Assembly: GCA_016928955.1 (NCBI GenBank)
Contig: JAFGJV010000027.1
Span: 1 to 64,000, forward strand
DNA from: Spirochaetales bacterium
GTDB taxonomy: Bacteria; Spirochaetota; Spirochaetia; Treponematales; UBA12059
Length of the DNA stretch: 64,000 nt
Direction of reading: 5' to 3'
The translations under genes and the position numbers were made by a program. Below the pieces are notes generated by a model. It did not search any database. It saw nothing but the letters and a program-made list of their open reading frames with translations, and was not told where the DNA came from. Positions 16,960-26,296 of this stretch are shown piece after piece; the stretch's first letter is position 1, and each line of letters begins with the position of its first letter.

Positions 16960-18147
16960 TCAGAGCTTGATCCAGCCAAAGGCGCGTTCCATGGTTCCGT
17001 CCGCCAGGAAGCGGAGCACGTACATGGTCTTGACGCCCAGCCTGGCCTGGTCGCCCTTGCGGGCTATGGGGCCGTAGCTGATGGCCGGGCCGATCTTGCC
17101 GGTCCAGTTGTCCATGGTCTCAAGGGCCGCCACCAGGCGCTCGCGGGTCAGGTTCTTGCCCGTGCGCCTGAGGGCTTCAGTAAAGGTCTCGGCCGCTATC
17201 ATGCCGGCCACGGCGTACGCGTTGGGGATTTCCCCCGGGAAGGTGGCCTGGTACACCTGGATGAAATGCGCCTTGGGGTCGGTAAAGTCAACGTCCACCC
17301 AGGCCAGGCTCTCCACGCCGGCCGCTATGGCCGGGCCGGCCAGGGCCGCAAAGGTGGGGTCGGCGTTTGAGTAGGTCAGTATGTAATTCTGGCCGGTCAT
17401 GCCCAGCTGCTTGGCCTGCTTCACAAAGTTGGACGACTGCGGCACGAACAGCATGACGATGACCGAGTCGACGCCCGCCTGCATGAGCTTGACCACGTTG
17501 GCGGAAAAGTCGGTTGCAGTGGCCTCCACGGGCACCTCGGCGGCCAGTGTCATGCCCTTGGACGCCAGGTACTTCTTGACGGACGCGTACTCTTCCTTGC
17601 CGTCGTCCAGGTTGCGGTACACGATGCCTATCTTCTTGGCCTTCTTCTGCTCCACCAGGTACTTGGCCGCTATGGCGCCCTCGGTGGTGTAGTTGGGCTG
17701 GACGCCGAACACGTAGCGCCTGGGCGGTATGGTCAGGGAGCCAGCTCCCGCCGCCTGGTACACGTACGGCACCTTCTGCGCCTCCAGGTAATCGACCACG
17801 GCCAGGTTGCCCGGCGCCCCAAGGCCTGCTATCATGGCAAACACCTTGTCGGACTCGACCAGGCGCTTGACCTCAACCACGGTGTTGGACGGGTTAAAGG
17901 CGTCGTCGGCCACGGTCAGGCTGATCTTCCTGCCGTTGACGCCGCCCTGGGCGTTCACCCAGTTGAAGTAGGCGTCCATGCCCTTCTTGACCGGCACGCC
18001 TATGGCAGCCACCGGCCCGGACAGGGCCTGGAACGAGCCCAGCTTGACCTCGCTTGCGCTGACGCCGTTCTGGTCGCCGGGATTGGCCTGGGCGAACGCC
18101 GCGGCAACTGCCGCCAGCATGGCCACGGCCAGCATGATCTTCTTCAT
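16960..18147 (-). CDS. HAAT-family ABC substrate-binding protein
   Basis: Signal peptide MKKIMLAVAMLAAVAAAFA; GGVNGRKI..DD motif; AAGGAGG RBS. Confidence 0.9.
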   Translation of the reverse strand: MKKIMLAVAMLAAVAAAFAQANPGDQNGVSASEVKLGSFQALSGPVAAIGVPVKKGMDAYFNWVNAQGGVNGRKISLTVADDAFNPSNTVVEVKRLVESDKVFAMIAGLGAPGNLAVVDYLEAQKVPYVYQAAGAGSLTIPPRRYVFGVQPNYTTEGAIAAKYLVEQKKAKKIGIVYRNLDDGKEEYASVKKYLASKGMTLAAEVPVEATATDFSANVVKLMQAGVDSVIVMLFVPQSSNFVKQAKQLGMTGQNYILTYSNADPTFAALAGPAIAAGVESLAWVDVDFTDPKAHFIQVYQATFPGEIPNAYAVAGMIAAETFTEALRRTGKNLTRERLVAALETMDNWTGKIGPAISYGPIARKGDQARLGVKTMYVLRFLADGTMERAFGWIKL

Positions 18148-18259
18148 CGTATGCCTCCTTACAGGACACTGCGGGACGCTTCCCGCCAAGCGATTATTCC
18201 GGTAACGGGCCTCCGGGCCCGGAACCGGACACGCGGCCGCGCCGCGCTTAAGGCCGGAT

Positions 18260-19000
18260 TCAGAGCACCAGGCCGCCGTCCACCCTGAGCGTCTGCCCGG
18301 TGATGAACGCCGCCTCGTCGCTGCACAGAAACAACACGGCGTTGGCTATGTCACGGATTTCCGCCAGGCGCCCCAGGGGCGTCCGCGCGATGATGGGCTC
18401 CAGCACCTTGTCGGGCACGGATTCTATCATCGGGGTGCGGGTATAGCCGGGCGACACCGCGTTGACGCGTACCTTGGCTCCTTTACGCGCGAATTCCTTG
18501 GCCCAGCCCTTGGTCATGGACACCACGCCACCCTTGGTGGCCGCGTAGTTGGACTGGCCTATGTTGCCGTCCAGGCCGACCACGCTGGATATGGACACGA
18601 TGGCGCCCGAGCCGTTTTCCATCATCAGGGGCGCCACGAACTTGGTCATCAGGAACACGCCCTTAAGGTTGACGTTGATGACTGCGTCCCAGTCGTCCTC
18701 GCCCATTTTCTGGATCAGGGCGTCGCGGGTGATGCCGGCGTTGTTCACAAGGACATCCACGCGTCCCGACTCGGAGCGCGCCCTGGCCACAAAAGCCTCC
18801 ACGGCGGCCGCGTCCGTGACGTTCACCACGGCCCCCCTGACCGCCGGAAATTCCTTTTCCAGGGCGGGGAACTCAGCGTCGTTCATGTCCAGGGCCCACA
18901 CCCGCTCGGCGCCTTCGCGCGCCAGCGTTTCCACAATGCCCCTGCCTATGCCACGCGCGCCGCCGGTCACCACGCACACGCGTCCCTTCATTCTGTCCAT
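18260..19000 (-). CDS. FabG/PhaB-like 3-oxoacyl reductase (SDR)
   Basis: TGGARGIG, NNAGITRD, YAATK. Confidence 0.9.
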   Translation of the reverse strand: MDRMKGRVCVVTGGARGIGRGIVETLAREGAERVWALDMNDAEFPALEKEFPAVRGAVVNVTDAAAVEAFVARARSESGRVDVLVNNAGITRDALIQKMGEDDWDAVINVNLKGVFLMTKFVAPLMMENGSGAIVSISSVVGLDGNIGQSNYAATKGGVVSMTKGWAKEFARKGAKVRVNAVSPGYTRTPMIESVPDKVLEPIIARTPLGRLAEIRDIANAVLFLCSDEAAFITGQTLRVDGGLVL

Positions 19001-19064
19001 ACCGTCTCCTTGCATGCGGGGCGCCCGTACCGTCCGCGGCTTATCCGGGCGCACACTGATCGCC

Positions 19065-20081
19065 TTATTCCGTATACGGACCCCAGCGCACAACGCTGGC
19101 CGCCCACACAAAGCCCAGGCCGGCTCCTACCATCACCACGTTCATGCCGTCACGCAGGCGGCCGGCGGCCAAGCCCAGTTCCAGGGACAGCACCTGGTCG
19201 TTCTGGCCCAGGTGGCCGTATTGGTCCAGGTAGGTGGTCTGCCCTTCCGAAAGCCCGAGCTCGGCCAGCACTGCGTCATGCGCGCTCCGTTTGAAATGCA
19301 GTATGGCCAGGTAGCCTATATCGCGCCGGGTCAAGCCGCCGGACAAGGCAAGGGCCCGGTCTATCACCGCGTAAAAATTGGGCAGGGTCTTGTCGTTCAG
19401 CTTGGCCTTGAAGGCTGGTTCGTCAGGAACGACGAAATGGGCCTTCCCGAGGTCCGAAGGCTCCGGCGGCCATGCCTTGGAACCCAGCACGGGCACCACG
19501 CAATCCATGCTCAGGGAGCCGTCGCCCCGGAAGGCCGAACCGAGCACCGCGTTCCTGCCCAGGTTCTTGCGCAAAACCACGGCCGATCCACCCGAACCTA
19601 TGTCCATCATGAAACGGGTGCTCGGCTCCGCCAGGTCAATGAGGTCGTTGTTCCGGTAGCCCGACACCAAAAGCACGGTCGCCAGGTCGTCGCGCGCCAG
19701 CATGAGGCTCTTGGCCACGTCCAGCGCGGCCATCATGGAGCCGCACATGGCCTCCATGTCAAAGCTCCACGCGTCCGCCGCACCCAGTTCGTTGGCCACG
19801 TACAGGCCGGCTAGCCAGCAGGGGTGGTCCTTGTGCTGGGCACCGCACCACAGCACCAGGTCCAGCTCGGACGCCTGTATGCCTGCCCTGCCAAGAGCCT
19901 CCCTGGCCGCTTTGACCCCCATGGCCGCCGTGGTGTCCTCCGGACCGGCCACGGGCTTGCGCCTGACGCCAAACTTGACGGCCACCACGTCCGGAGGCAC
20001 GCCGGTGGCCTTGGCCAGGTCAGCCGCGCTCATGGTAGTGGCCGGGATATAGACTCCTGTGCCCGCGATCCCGATATGCAT
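19065..20081 (-). CDS. KAS III (FabH-like) protein 1
   Basis: GIAGTGVYIP, EAMCGS, ILHF, YGHLG, GAGLG. Confidence 0.88.
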   Translation of the reverse strand: MHIGIAGTGVYIPATTMSAADLAKATGVPPDVVAVKFGVRRKPVAGPEDTTAAMGVKAAREALGRAGIQASELDLVLWCGAQHKDHPCWLAGLYVANELGAADAWSFDMEAMCGSMMAALDVAKSLMLARDDLATVLLVSGYRNNDLIDLAEPSTRFMMDIGSGGSAVVLRKNLGRNAVLGSAFRGDGSLSMDCVVPVLGSKAWPPEPSDLGKAHFVVPDEPAFKAKLNDKTLPNFYAVIDRALALSGGLTRRDIGYLAILHFKRSAHDAVLAELGLSEGQTTYLDQYGHLGQNDQVLSLELGLAAGRLRDGMNVVMVGAGLGFVWAASVVRWGPYTE

Positions 20082-20097
20082 GCTCAATCCTTTACAA

Positions 20098-20264
20098 TGT
20101 GAATCAGCTCTCACCGTAGATATCCGCCACTTTTTCCATTCCGTCAAGAGCAAAAAAGTAAATACTGGGTTTTTCATGCGTATTATAATAGTTTCAAACA
20201 TTTTTTCTTGCCATAAACGGTTTCCAGTTCTATACTGGCGCCTATAAGTGTGAATCATCTCTCA
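20098..20264. promoter_or_regulatory. Divergent promoter region with two 16-bp operator copies and a sigma70 promoter
   Basis: TGTGAATCAGCTCTCA at 20098-20113 and TGTGAATCATCTCTCA at 20249-20264; TTGCCA-17-TATACT at 20208-20236 (+). Confidence 0.65.
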
Positions 20265-20287
20265 TTGATACACATTCAGGGGGACCC

Positions 20288-21454
20288 GTGGGCACCGTAG
20301 CGACAAGCGCTCGCGACAGCATAGAGGCCAGCGCCATACGACTGTTTTCCGAACGCTGGTATTCATCCGTGTCCGTGGCCGAGATATGCAGGGACGCGGG
20401 CGTGTCCAACGGAATCTTCTATAAGTACTACGACAACAAGGAAAACCTGATCCGGACCATCCTGGATGACGTCATAGCCGCCATAGCGCTTGCCTTGGAG
20501 GGCGTGGACGGCCCGGACCCTGCCGCCCGGCTGTCCAGCATGGCTTCCATCCTGGTGGGCTTCGCGGCCGAGCACCGGGACCTGATCATCGTGTTCCGCG
20601 AGGGTCAGTACCGGTACTTCGAGTACGAGCGTCGCCTGGTGGACCTGTACCGCGCCGTCCTGGGCAAGGCTTTGGGCCGGCCGGTAACCATGGCCGACTA
20701 CCTGTTTGCCCTTGGCGGCATACGCTTTGCCGGCGTGCGCTCTGCTCTCCACGGCACGCCCTTGTCCCTGCCCGCCCTTGGTCACATGCTGGCCCAGGGC
20801 ATCTTTCCGGGCTTGGCCTGGGATTCCAAAGCGGTGTTTGGCATAGCGGCCACGCCGTCGCCCGTGGCCCTGGCGGAAAGCGCCCGGGAACGCATGATCC
20901 ACGCAGGCAAGCGCCTTTTTGGAGAGAACGACTACCACGCCGTGAACATATACCAGATCACTGAAGCCGCCGGCCTGGCCGTGGGCTCGTTCTACAGACA
21001 TTTCAAGAGCAAGGACGAGTTCTTCCGCGCCTTGATAGACGAGGCCGGCCACGAGATTCGTCGCTTCATCAGCACCAACCTGCGGCCGGGCCTCAACCGG
21101 CTGGAACGGGAGCTTCAGGGCATGTACCTGTTTGCCGCGTTCCTGTCCATGGACCGCTGGTGCTACAACATTGTGCGCGAGGGCGAATTCGTGGCCCCGG
21201 ACCGTGTGCGAGCCTATTACGGGGCCTTTGAGAACGGTTACCGCAAGCAGGGCACGGACGGCATGGACGCGCGCCGGGCGGAAAGCGACCCCCTGTGGGA
21301 GGACACAGCCATCCAGTTCATGCTGGGCATATCCCATTACTTTGGCATAGAGCTCCTGTTCGAGGGCCTGGGCAGGGGAGCGCGCGGCGTCATAGAGGGC
21401 GTGGCAAAGCTCCTGTCCCGCGGCCTTGCCGGTGCGGACGGGAAAGCGGACTGA
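20288..21454 (+). CDS. Tandem double-TetR transcriptional regulator
   Basis: Two TetR HTHs: SVAEICRDAGVSNGIFYKYY and NIYQITEAAGLAVGSFYRHF. Confidence 0.9.
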   Translation: MGTVATSARDSIEASAIRLFSERWYSSVSVAEICRDAGVSNGIFYKYYDNKENLIRTILDDVIAAIALALEGVDGPDPAARLSSMASILVGFAAEHRDLIIVFREGQYRYFEYERRLVDLYRAVLGKALGRPVTMADYLFALGGIRFAGVRSALHGTPLSLPALGHMLAQGIFPGLAWDSKAVFGIAATPSPVALAESARERMIHAGKRLFGENDYHAVNIYQITEAAGLAVGSFYRHFKSKDEFFRALIDEAGHEIRRFISTNLRPGLNRLERELQGMYLFAAFLSMDRWCYNIVREGEFVAPDRVRAYYGAFENGYRKQGTDGMDARRAESDPLWEDTAIQFMLGISHYFGIELLFEGLGRGARGVIEGVAKLLSRGLAGADGKAD

Positions 21455-21463
21455 GGAGGAACC

Positions 21464-22474
21464 ATGGCGGGCATACGGATACGCGGCACCGGGGTATACG
21501 CCCCCGGCGAGCCCATAGACAACCAGGAACTGATGCGACTGGCCGGCGTGGAGTTCGACGCCGAGCGCCTTGAGGCCAAGGTGGGCATCAAAGCCCGGCA
21601 CATCGCGCGGCTCCGCGGCATAGACGAAAGCTCGGCCGACTTTGCCGAGAAGGCCGTCCGGGCTGCCCTGGCCGACGCGGACGCCGACCCGGACAGCCTG
21701 GACCTGGTCATTGTGGGCACGGACACGCCGGAGTACGTGAGCCCGGCCACCGCCATCCTGGTCCAGGGCAGGCTACAAGGCGGCCAGCGGGACTGTGCCG
21801 CATTTGACGTGAGCTCGTCCTGCGCCAGTTTTGTCACGGCCCTGGACGCGGCCGCCCGCATGCTGGCCGGCGACAGCACGCGCAAACTGGCCGCCGTGGT
21901 GGGCGTGTACAACATGCCTGCCCATGTCAGGGCGGGCGACGCTTTTGGCTGGTCGATCTTTGCCGACGGGGCGGGGGCCGTCATCCTGGAGCGCGCCGAC
22001 CCGGATTCCGGTTCCGACTATCTGGCCGGCTCCTTTGTGGCCGACGGAACCCAGTGGGACTACATAGGCGTGTACGCGGGCGGCACCAGGAAGCCGGTCA
22101 CGCGCGAGCTCCTGGACGCGGGCACCTATGGCCTGGAACTGCTTCAGCGCCTACCCGGCGACCGCAACGTCAAGCTGTGGCCAAAGGTGGTGCGCGGGCT
22201 CTGCGGCAAGGCCGGCGTCAGCCTTGCGGACGTGGCCGCCTTTGTGTTCACCCAGATCAACCGCAGCGTCATAGAGCAGGTCATGGACGAGCTTGGACGC
22301 CCGCGCGCCCTGGCTCCCATGACCATGGACCGCTACGGGTACACGGGTTCGGCCTGCGTGCCCATGGCCTTCCACCACGCCGTCAAGGAAGGCCGCATAA
22401 GGCGCGGCGACCTGGTGGCGTTCTGCGCGAGCGGCGCCGGCCTGGCCGTGGGCGCCAACCTGTTCCGGTATTGA
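21464..22474 (+). CDS. KAS III (FabH-like) protein 2
   Basis: GTGVYAP, SSSCASF, FADGAGA, FTQIN, YGYTGSA. Confidence 0.88.
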   Translation: MAGIRIRGTGVYAPGEPIDNQELMRLAGVEFDAERLEAKVGIKARHIARLRGIDESSADFAEKAVRAALADADADPDSLDLVIVGTDTPEYVSPATAILVQGRLQGGQRDCAAFDVSSSCASFVTALDAAARMLAGDSTRKLAAVVGVYNMPAHVRAGDAFGWSIFADGAGAVILERADPDSGSDYLAGSFVADGTQWDYIGVYAGGTRKPVTRELLDAGTYGLELLQRLPGDRNVKLWPKVVRGLCGKAGVSLADVAAFVFTQINRSVIEQVMDELGRPRALAPMTMDRYGYTGSACVPMAFHHAVKEGRIRRGDLVAFCASGAGLAVGANLFRY

Positions 22475-22530
22475 GCGGAGGAACCCATAGAAACCCGATG
22501 GTTCTTAGAGGTTCCCGAAAGGAAGACGAC

Positions 22531-23841
22531 ATGTCCAAATGGGACGACGAATACAAATCAAGGGTGCGCCCGATAGACGAGGCCATCCAGTGCATAGAAA
22601 GCGGCTTTGACGTGGTGGTCGGCCAGTGCGCCAGCGAGCCCCAGGGAACCATGGCCCGCCTCCACACCCTGGCGCCCCGGGTCAGGGACGTGCGCGTGTT
22701 CAGCGTGCTCACGCTCAAGCCCTACGACTTTTACATGAAACCGGAGATGCGCCAGCATTTCGAGCTGGCCAGCTGGTTCCACGCGCCCGGCTCGCGCGAG
22801 GCGCTGAAGGAAGGCACCGGCACGGTGACCTACGTGCCCAACATGCTCCACCGGGCGGCCACCGACCGCATACACGCCAGGCCCCCCGAGGTGTTCATAG
22901 GCACCTGCACCCCACCAGACCGCAACGGCTTTGTGAGCCTGTCGCTGGGCATCACCTACGAGAAGGACATCCTGGAGCACGCCCGCATCGTCATCCTTGA
23001 GGTGAATCCCCGCCTGCCCCGTACCTTTGGCGACACGCACCTCCACGTGAGCCGCGTCACCTACTTTGTCGAGCACGACCAGGAGGTTCCCAGCCTGCCT
23101 GCGCCCCAGCCCACGCCAACCGACCTGCTCATAGGCGAGCACATAGCGTCGCTGGTGGACGACGGTTCCACCCTCCAGCTCGGCATAGGCGGCATACCCA
23201 ACGCGGCAGCCCTGGCGTTACGCGGCAAGAAGGACCTGGGCGTGCACACGGAGATGTTCGTGGACTCCATGATGGAGCTGTACGAGGCCGGCGTGATAAC
23301 CAACGCGCGCAAAGCCCTGAAGAAGGACAAATTCATATGCACCTTTGCCATGGGCAGCCACGCTTTGTACGACTGGCTGGACGACAACGTGGCCGTGGAA
23401 TTCCAGCGCGGCCGCTGGGTCAACGACCCGGCCGTAGTCGCCCAGAACTCGCGCATGGTGTCCGTCAACACCTGCCTGATGGTCGACCTGACCGGGCAGG
23501 TGGCCAGCGAGTCCATAGGCACGCGCCAGTATTCCGGCACGGGCGGCCAGTCCGACACGGCCCAGGGCGCGGTGGCTGGTTTTGACGGCCTGGGGAAATC
23601 CATCATAGCCTGCTACGCCACGGCCAAGGGCGGGTCGGTCAGCACCATAGTCCCCACCCTGCCGGAAGGCAGCGCCGTTACCCTGCACCGGTCCTTTGTG
23701 GACCACGTGGTCACGGAGCACGGCGTGGCCCGCCTCCGCGGCCGCACCGTCAGGGAGCGCGTGGAAGAGCTGATAGGCGTGGCTGCGCCGGAATTCCGCC
23801 AGGAACTCAAGAGCCAGGCCCGGGCCATGGGCTACATCTGA
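22531..23841 (+). CDS. Acetyl-CoA hydrolase / 4-hydroxybutyrate CoA-transferase family
   Basis: TLQLGIGGIP, GVHTEM, SGTGGQ, VVTEHG. Confidence 0.9.
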   Translation: MSKWDDEYKSRVRPIDEAIQCIESGFDVVVGQCASEPQGTMARLHTLAPRVRDVRVFSVLTLKPYDFYMKPEMRQHFELASWFHAPGSREALKEGTGTVTYVPNMLHRAATDRIHARPPEVFIGTCTPPDRNGFVSLSLGITYEKDILEHARIVILEVNPRLPRTFGDTHLHVSRVTYFVEHDQEVPSLPAPQPTPTDLLIGEHIASLVDDGSTLQLGIGGIPNAAALALRGKKDLGVHTEMFVDSMMELYEAGVITNARKALKKDKFICTFAMGSHALYDWLDDNVAVEFQRGRWVNDPAVVAQNSRMVSVNTCLMVDLTGQVASESIGTRQYSGTGGQSDTAQGAVAGFDGLGKSIIACYATAKGGSVSTIVPTLPEGSAVTLHRSFVDHVVTEHGVARLRGRTVRERVEELIGVAAPEFRQELKSQARAMGYI

Positions 23842-23895
23842 CAGAACCGGTCCGGAAAGGTCACGGAACCAGTTTTTTTGAAAAAAGGAGAAGAC

Positions 23896-25149
23896 ATGTC
23901 AAAGGTTGCGATCATCGGCGCGTACAACGGCAAGTTCGGGAACTTGGTCAAGCGCGACAAGGAAACGGGCCAGCTTACAGACCTGGCCAGCATATACGAC
24001 CTCATGCTGGAAGCGGGCCGGGGAGCCCTGGCAGACGCCGGGCTGGAAGCCGCCCAGGTGGGCGGCGTGTGGCTCGGCTCCTGCGCCCCTGGCATCTTTG
24101 CCGAGCAGGAACACCTGGCCGCCTTTGCCACCGAGATAGACCCGGAAGGCCTGCGTTTCAAGCGCATGACCCGCTGTGAGGACGCATGCGCGTCTGGCAC
24201 GGTGGCCCTGTACGACGCCCTGTACGCGGTGGAGGCCGGCCGCGTGGATGTGGCCCTGGTCCTGGGCGTGGAAAAAATGAACCTCTTGGACACCAAGGGC
24301 GTCACCCACGCCCTGGCCACCTGCTCCTACTGGCCCGAGGAGGGAGCGTCGGGCATGACCTTCCCGGGCCTGTTCGCCGAATACGCCAAGGGCTACCGCG
24401 ACCATTACGACATCAAGCCCGACGAGTTTGCCAGGATGCTGGCCAGCGCCGCCGCCCTCTGCTACCGCAACGGCATACAAAATCCTCTGGCCCATTTTGG
24501 CCCGGGCGGCCCGTCCGACAGGCTGGGGCTCACCAGTGCCGACGCCATCCTGGCCTTGCCGCCTGAAAAGAACCCCGTGATAGCCGATCCCCTGCGCCTC
24601 CACGACTGCTCCCTTGTCACTGACGGGGCGGCCGCCCTGGTCATCGCGCGCGCCGACCATCCGGCGGCCAAGCGCGGGCGCCCGGTATCCATAGCGGGCA
24701 TCGGGCACGCCAACGAGCGCATGGCCCTTTCCCGCAGGCGCAACCTGCACGAGCTCCAGGCCGCCAAGGAAGCCGCCCGGCAGGCATACGCCGAGGCCGG
24801 CGTGTCCGCGTCCGACCTTGACCTTGCCGAGGTGCACGACTGCTTTACCATCAACCAGCTCTTGTGCACCGAGGCTTTGGGCCTGGCCTCGGACGGGCGG
24901 GCCGGCCACGAATACATGGCAGGCCGCTTTGGCCCGGATGACCGCGTGGCCATCAACCTGTCCGGCGGCCTAAAAGCCAAGGGCCACCCGGTCGGGGCCA
25001 CGGGCGTGTCCATGCACGCCCTGGTGTACAAACAGCTGGTCGGCCAGCCCATAGGCCAGGCGCCCGGCAGGCAGCCGAGCGTGGGCGCCGTACTCAACGT
25101 GGGCGGCAGTTCGGTGACCAACTGCGTCACCGTGCTCCGCCGCGACTGA
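23896..25149 (+). CDS. Thiolase (SCP2-type acetyl-CoA acetyltransferase)
   Basis: DACASG, EVHDCFT, GHPVGATG. Confidence 0.9.
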   Translation: MSKVAIIGAYNGKFGNLVKRDKETGQLTDLASIYDLMLEAGRGALADAGLEAAQVGGVWLGSCAPGIFAEQEHLAAFATEIDPEGLRFKRMTRCEDACASGTVALYDALYAVEAGRVDVALVLGVEKMNLLDTKGVTHALATCSYWPEEGASGMTFPGLFAEYAKGYRDHYDIKPDEFARMLASAAALCYRNGIQNPLAHFGPGGPSDRLGLTSADAILALPPEKNPVIADPLRLHDCSLVTDGAAALVIARADHPAAKRGRPVSIAGIGHANERMALSRRRNLHELQAAKEAARQAYAEAGVSASDLDLAEVHDCFTINQLLCTEALGLASDGRAGHEYMAGRFGPDDRVAINLSGGLKAKGHPVGATGVSMHALVYKQLVGQPIGQAPGRQPSVGAVLNVGGSSVTNCVTVLRRD

Positions 25150-25234
25150 AAAATCGCCCGGCCCTCCCCCGCGCGGCCTTTTGGTGTACAATGTGCCTGG
25201 TGGCGCGGAGTGCGCCGCACGCCGGGGAGGGTGC

Positions 25235-26296
25235 ATGGGGCAGAGCGTCAGCTTTGGAGAACGAGCGGGTCCTATGGGCCTCCCGGCATTGTGCGACCCG
25301 TCCAGGACCTTTTTTCTGGCCGACGAATTCACGCGACGCTTTATCCCAGAAGCTTTCAGCGCCTGCCCGGCGGCCATAGTGCCCCGCGGCGAGGCATGCA
25401 AGACCCTGGCCGTCCTCGATGGCGTGTACGCCGCCCTCCTGGACGCGGGCGCGGGGCGGGACTGGACCCTGGTTGCCGTGGGAGGCGGGTCGGTCAGCGA
25501 CCTTGGAGGCTTTGCTGCGGCCACCTGGAACCGTGGCATGGACCTGGGCCTGGCGCCCACCACCCTGCTGTCCATGGTCGACGCGTCGCTGGGCGGCAAA
25601 AACGGCGTGGACTACCGGGGCTTCAAGAACCTGGTCGGCACCGTCCACCTGCCCCGCTTTACCCTGATGGACATGGCCACCCTGGAAAGCCTGGACGCCC
25701 GCGAGCTGGCATCTGGCCTGGCAGAGATCATCAAGCACGCGGTCATAGACGGCCCTGTACACATGGAGCTGGTGGAGTCAGCCCTGGGCCCAAACGGGCG
25801 ACTCTCGCCGGCCGTGCTCAAACAGCTGGTCCAGGCGTCCGTGGAACTGAAACTCAGGATTACTGAAGCCGATCCTCTGGACCATGGCGAGCGGCTCAAG
25901 CTCAACCTGGGGCACAGCTTTGGCCACGCCCTGGAGGCCGCTACCGGCCTGCCCCACGGCTTGTGCGTTGCCGCCGGCATCATGACGGCGTTCCGTTTCG
26001 CTCTGGCGCGCCCGGCCCAGGACCGCCTGTCCCATACCCAGCGCGACGCCGACCGGACGGCGGCCCTGCTCAAGTCCGCCGGCCTGCCGCTCGGCATAAC
26101 CGAGCTGTGCTCGCTCGCCGGACCCGAGCGCGGAGGCCAGGCCGCCGTCCGCTCCGCGGCAGCCCGTGCCATGCTGTCCGACAAAAAGCGCCGCGGCGAC
26201 CAGCTACGTGCCGTCCTTCCCCTGGGCATAGGCAGCGTGAGCGTGGAGCCGGTGCCGGTCGGTGCCCTGGCCAGCTTCATAGAGGAGGCCCCATGA
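25235..26296 (+). CDS. aroB: 3-dehydroquinate synthase
   Basis: GGGSVSDLGGF, PTTLLSMVDASLGGKNG, LNLGHSFGHALE. Confidence 0.92.
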   Translation: MGQSVSFGERAGPMGLPALCDPSRTFFLADEFTRRFIPEAFSACPAAIVPRGEACKTLAVLDGVYAALLDAGAGRDWTLVAVGGGSVSDLGGFAAATWNRGMDLGLAPTTLLSMVDASLGGKNGVDYRGFKNLVGTVHLPRFTLMDMATLESLDARELASGLAEIIKHAVIDGPVHMELVESALGPNGRLSPAVLKQLVQASVELKLRITEADPLDHGERLKLNLGHSFGHALEAATGLPHGLCVAAGIMTAFRFALARPAQDRLSHTQRDADRTAALLKSAGLPLGITELCSLAGPERGGQAAVRSAAARAMLSDKKRRGDQLRAVLPLGIGSVSVEPVPVGALASFIEEAP

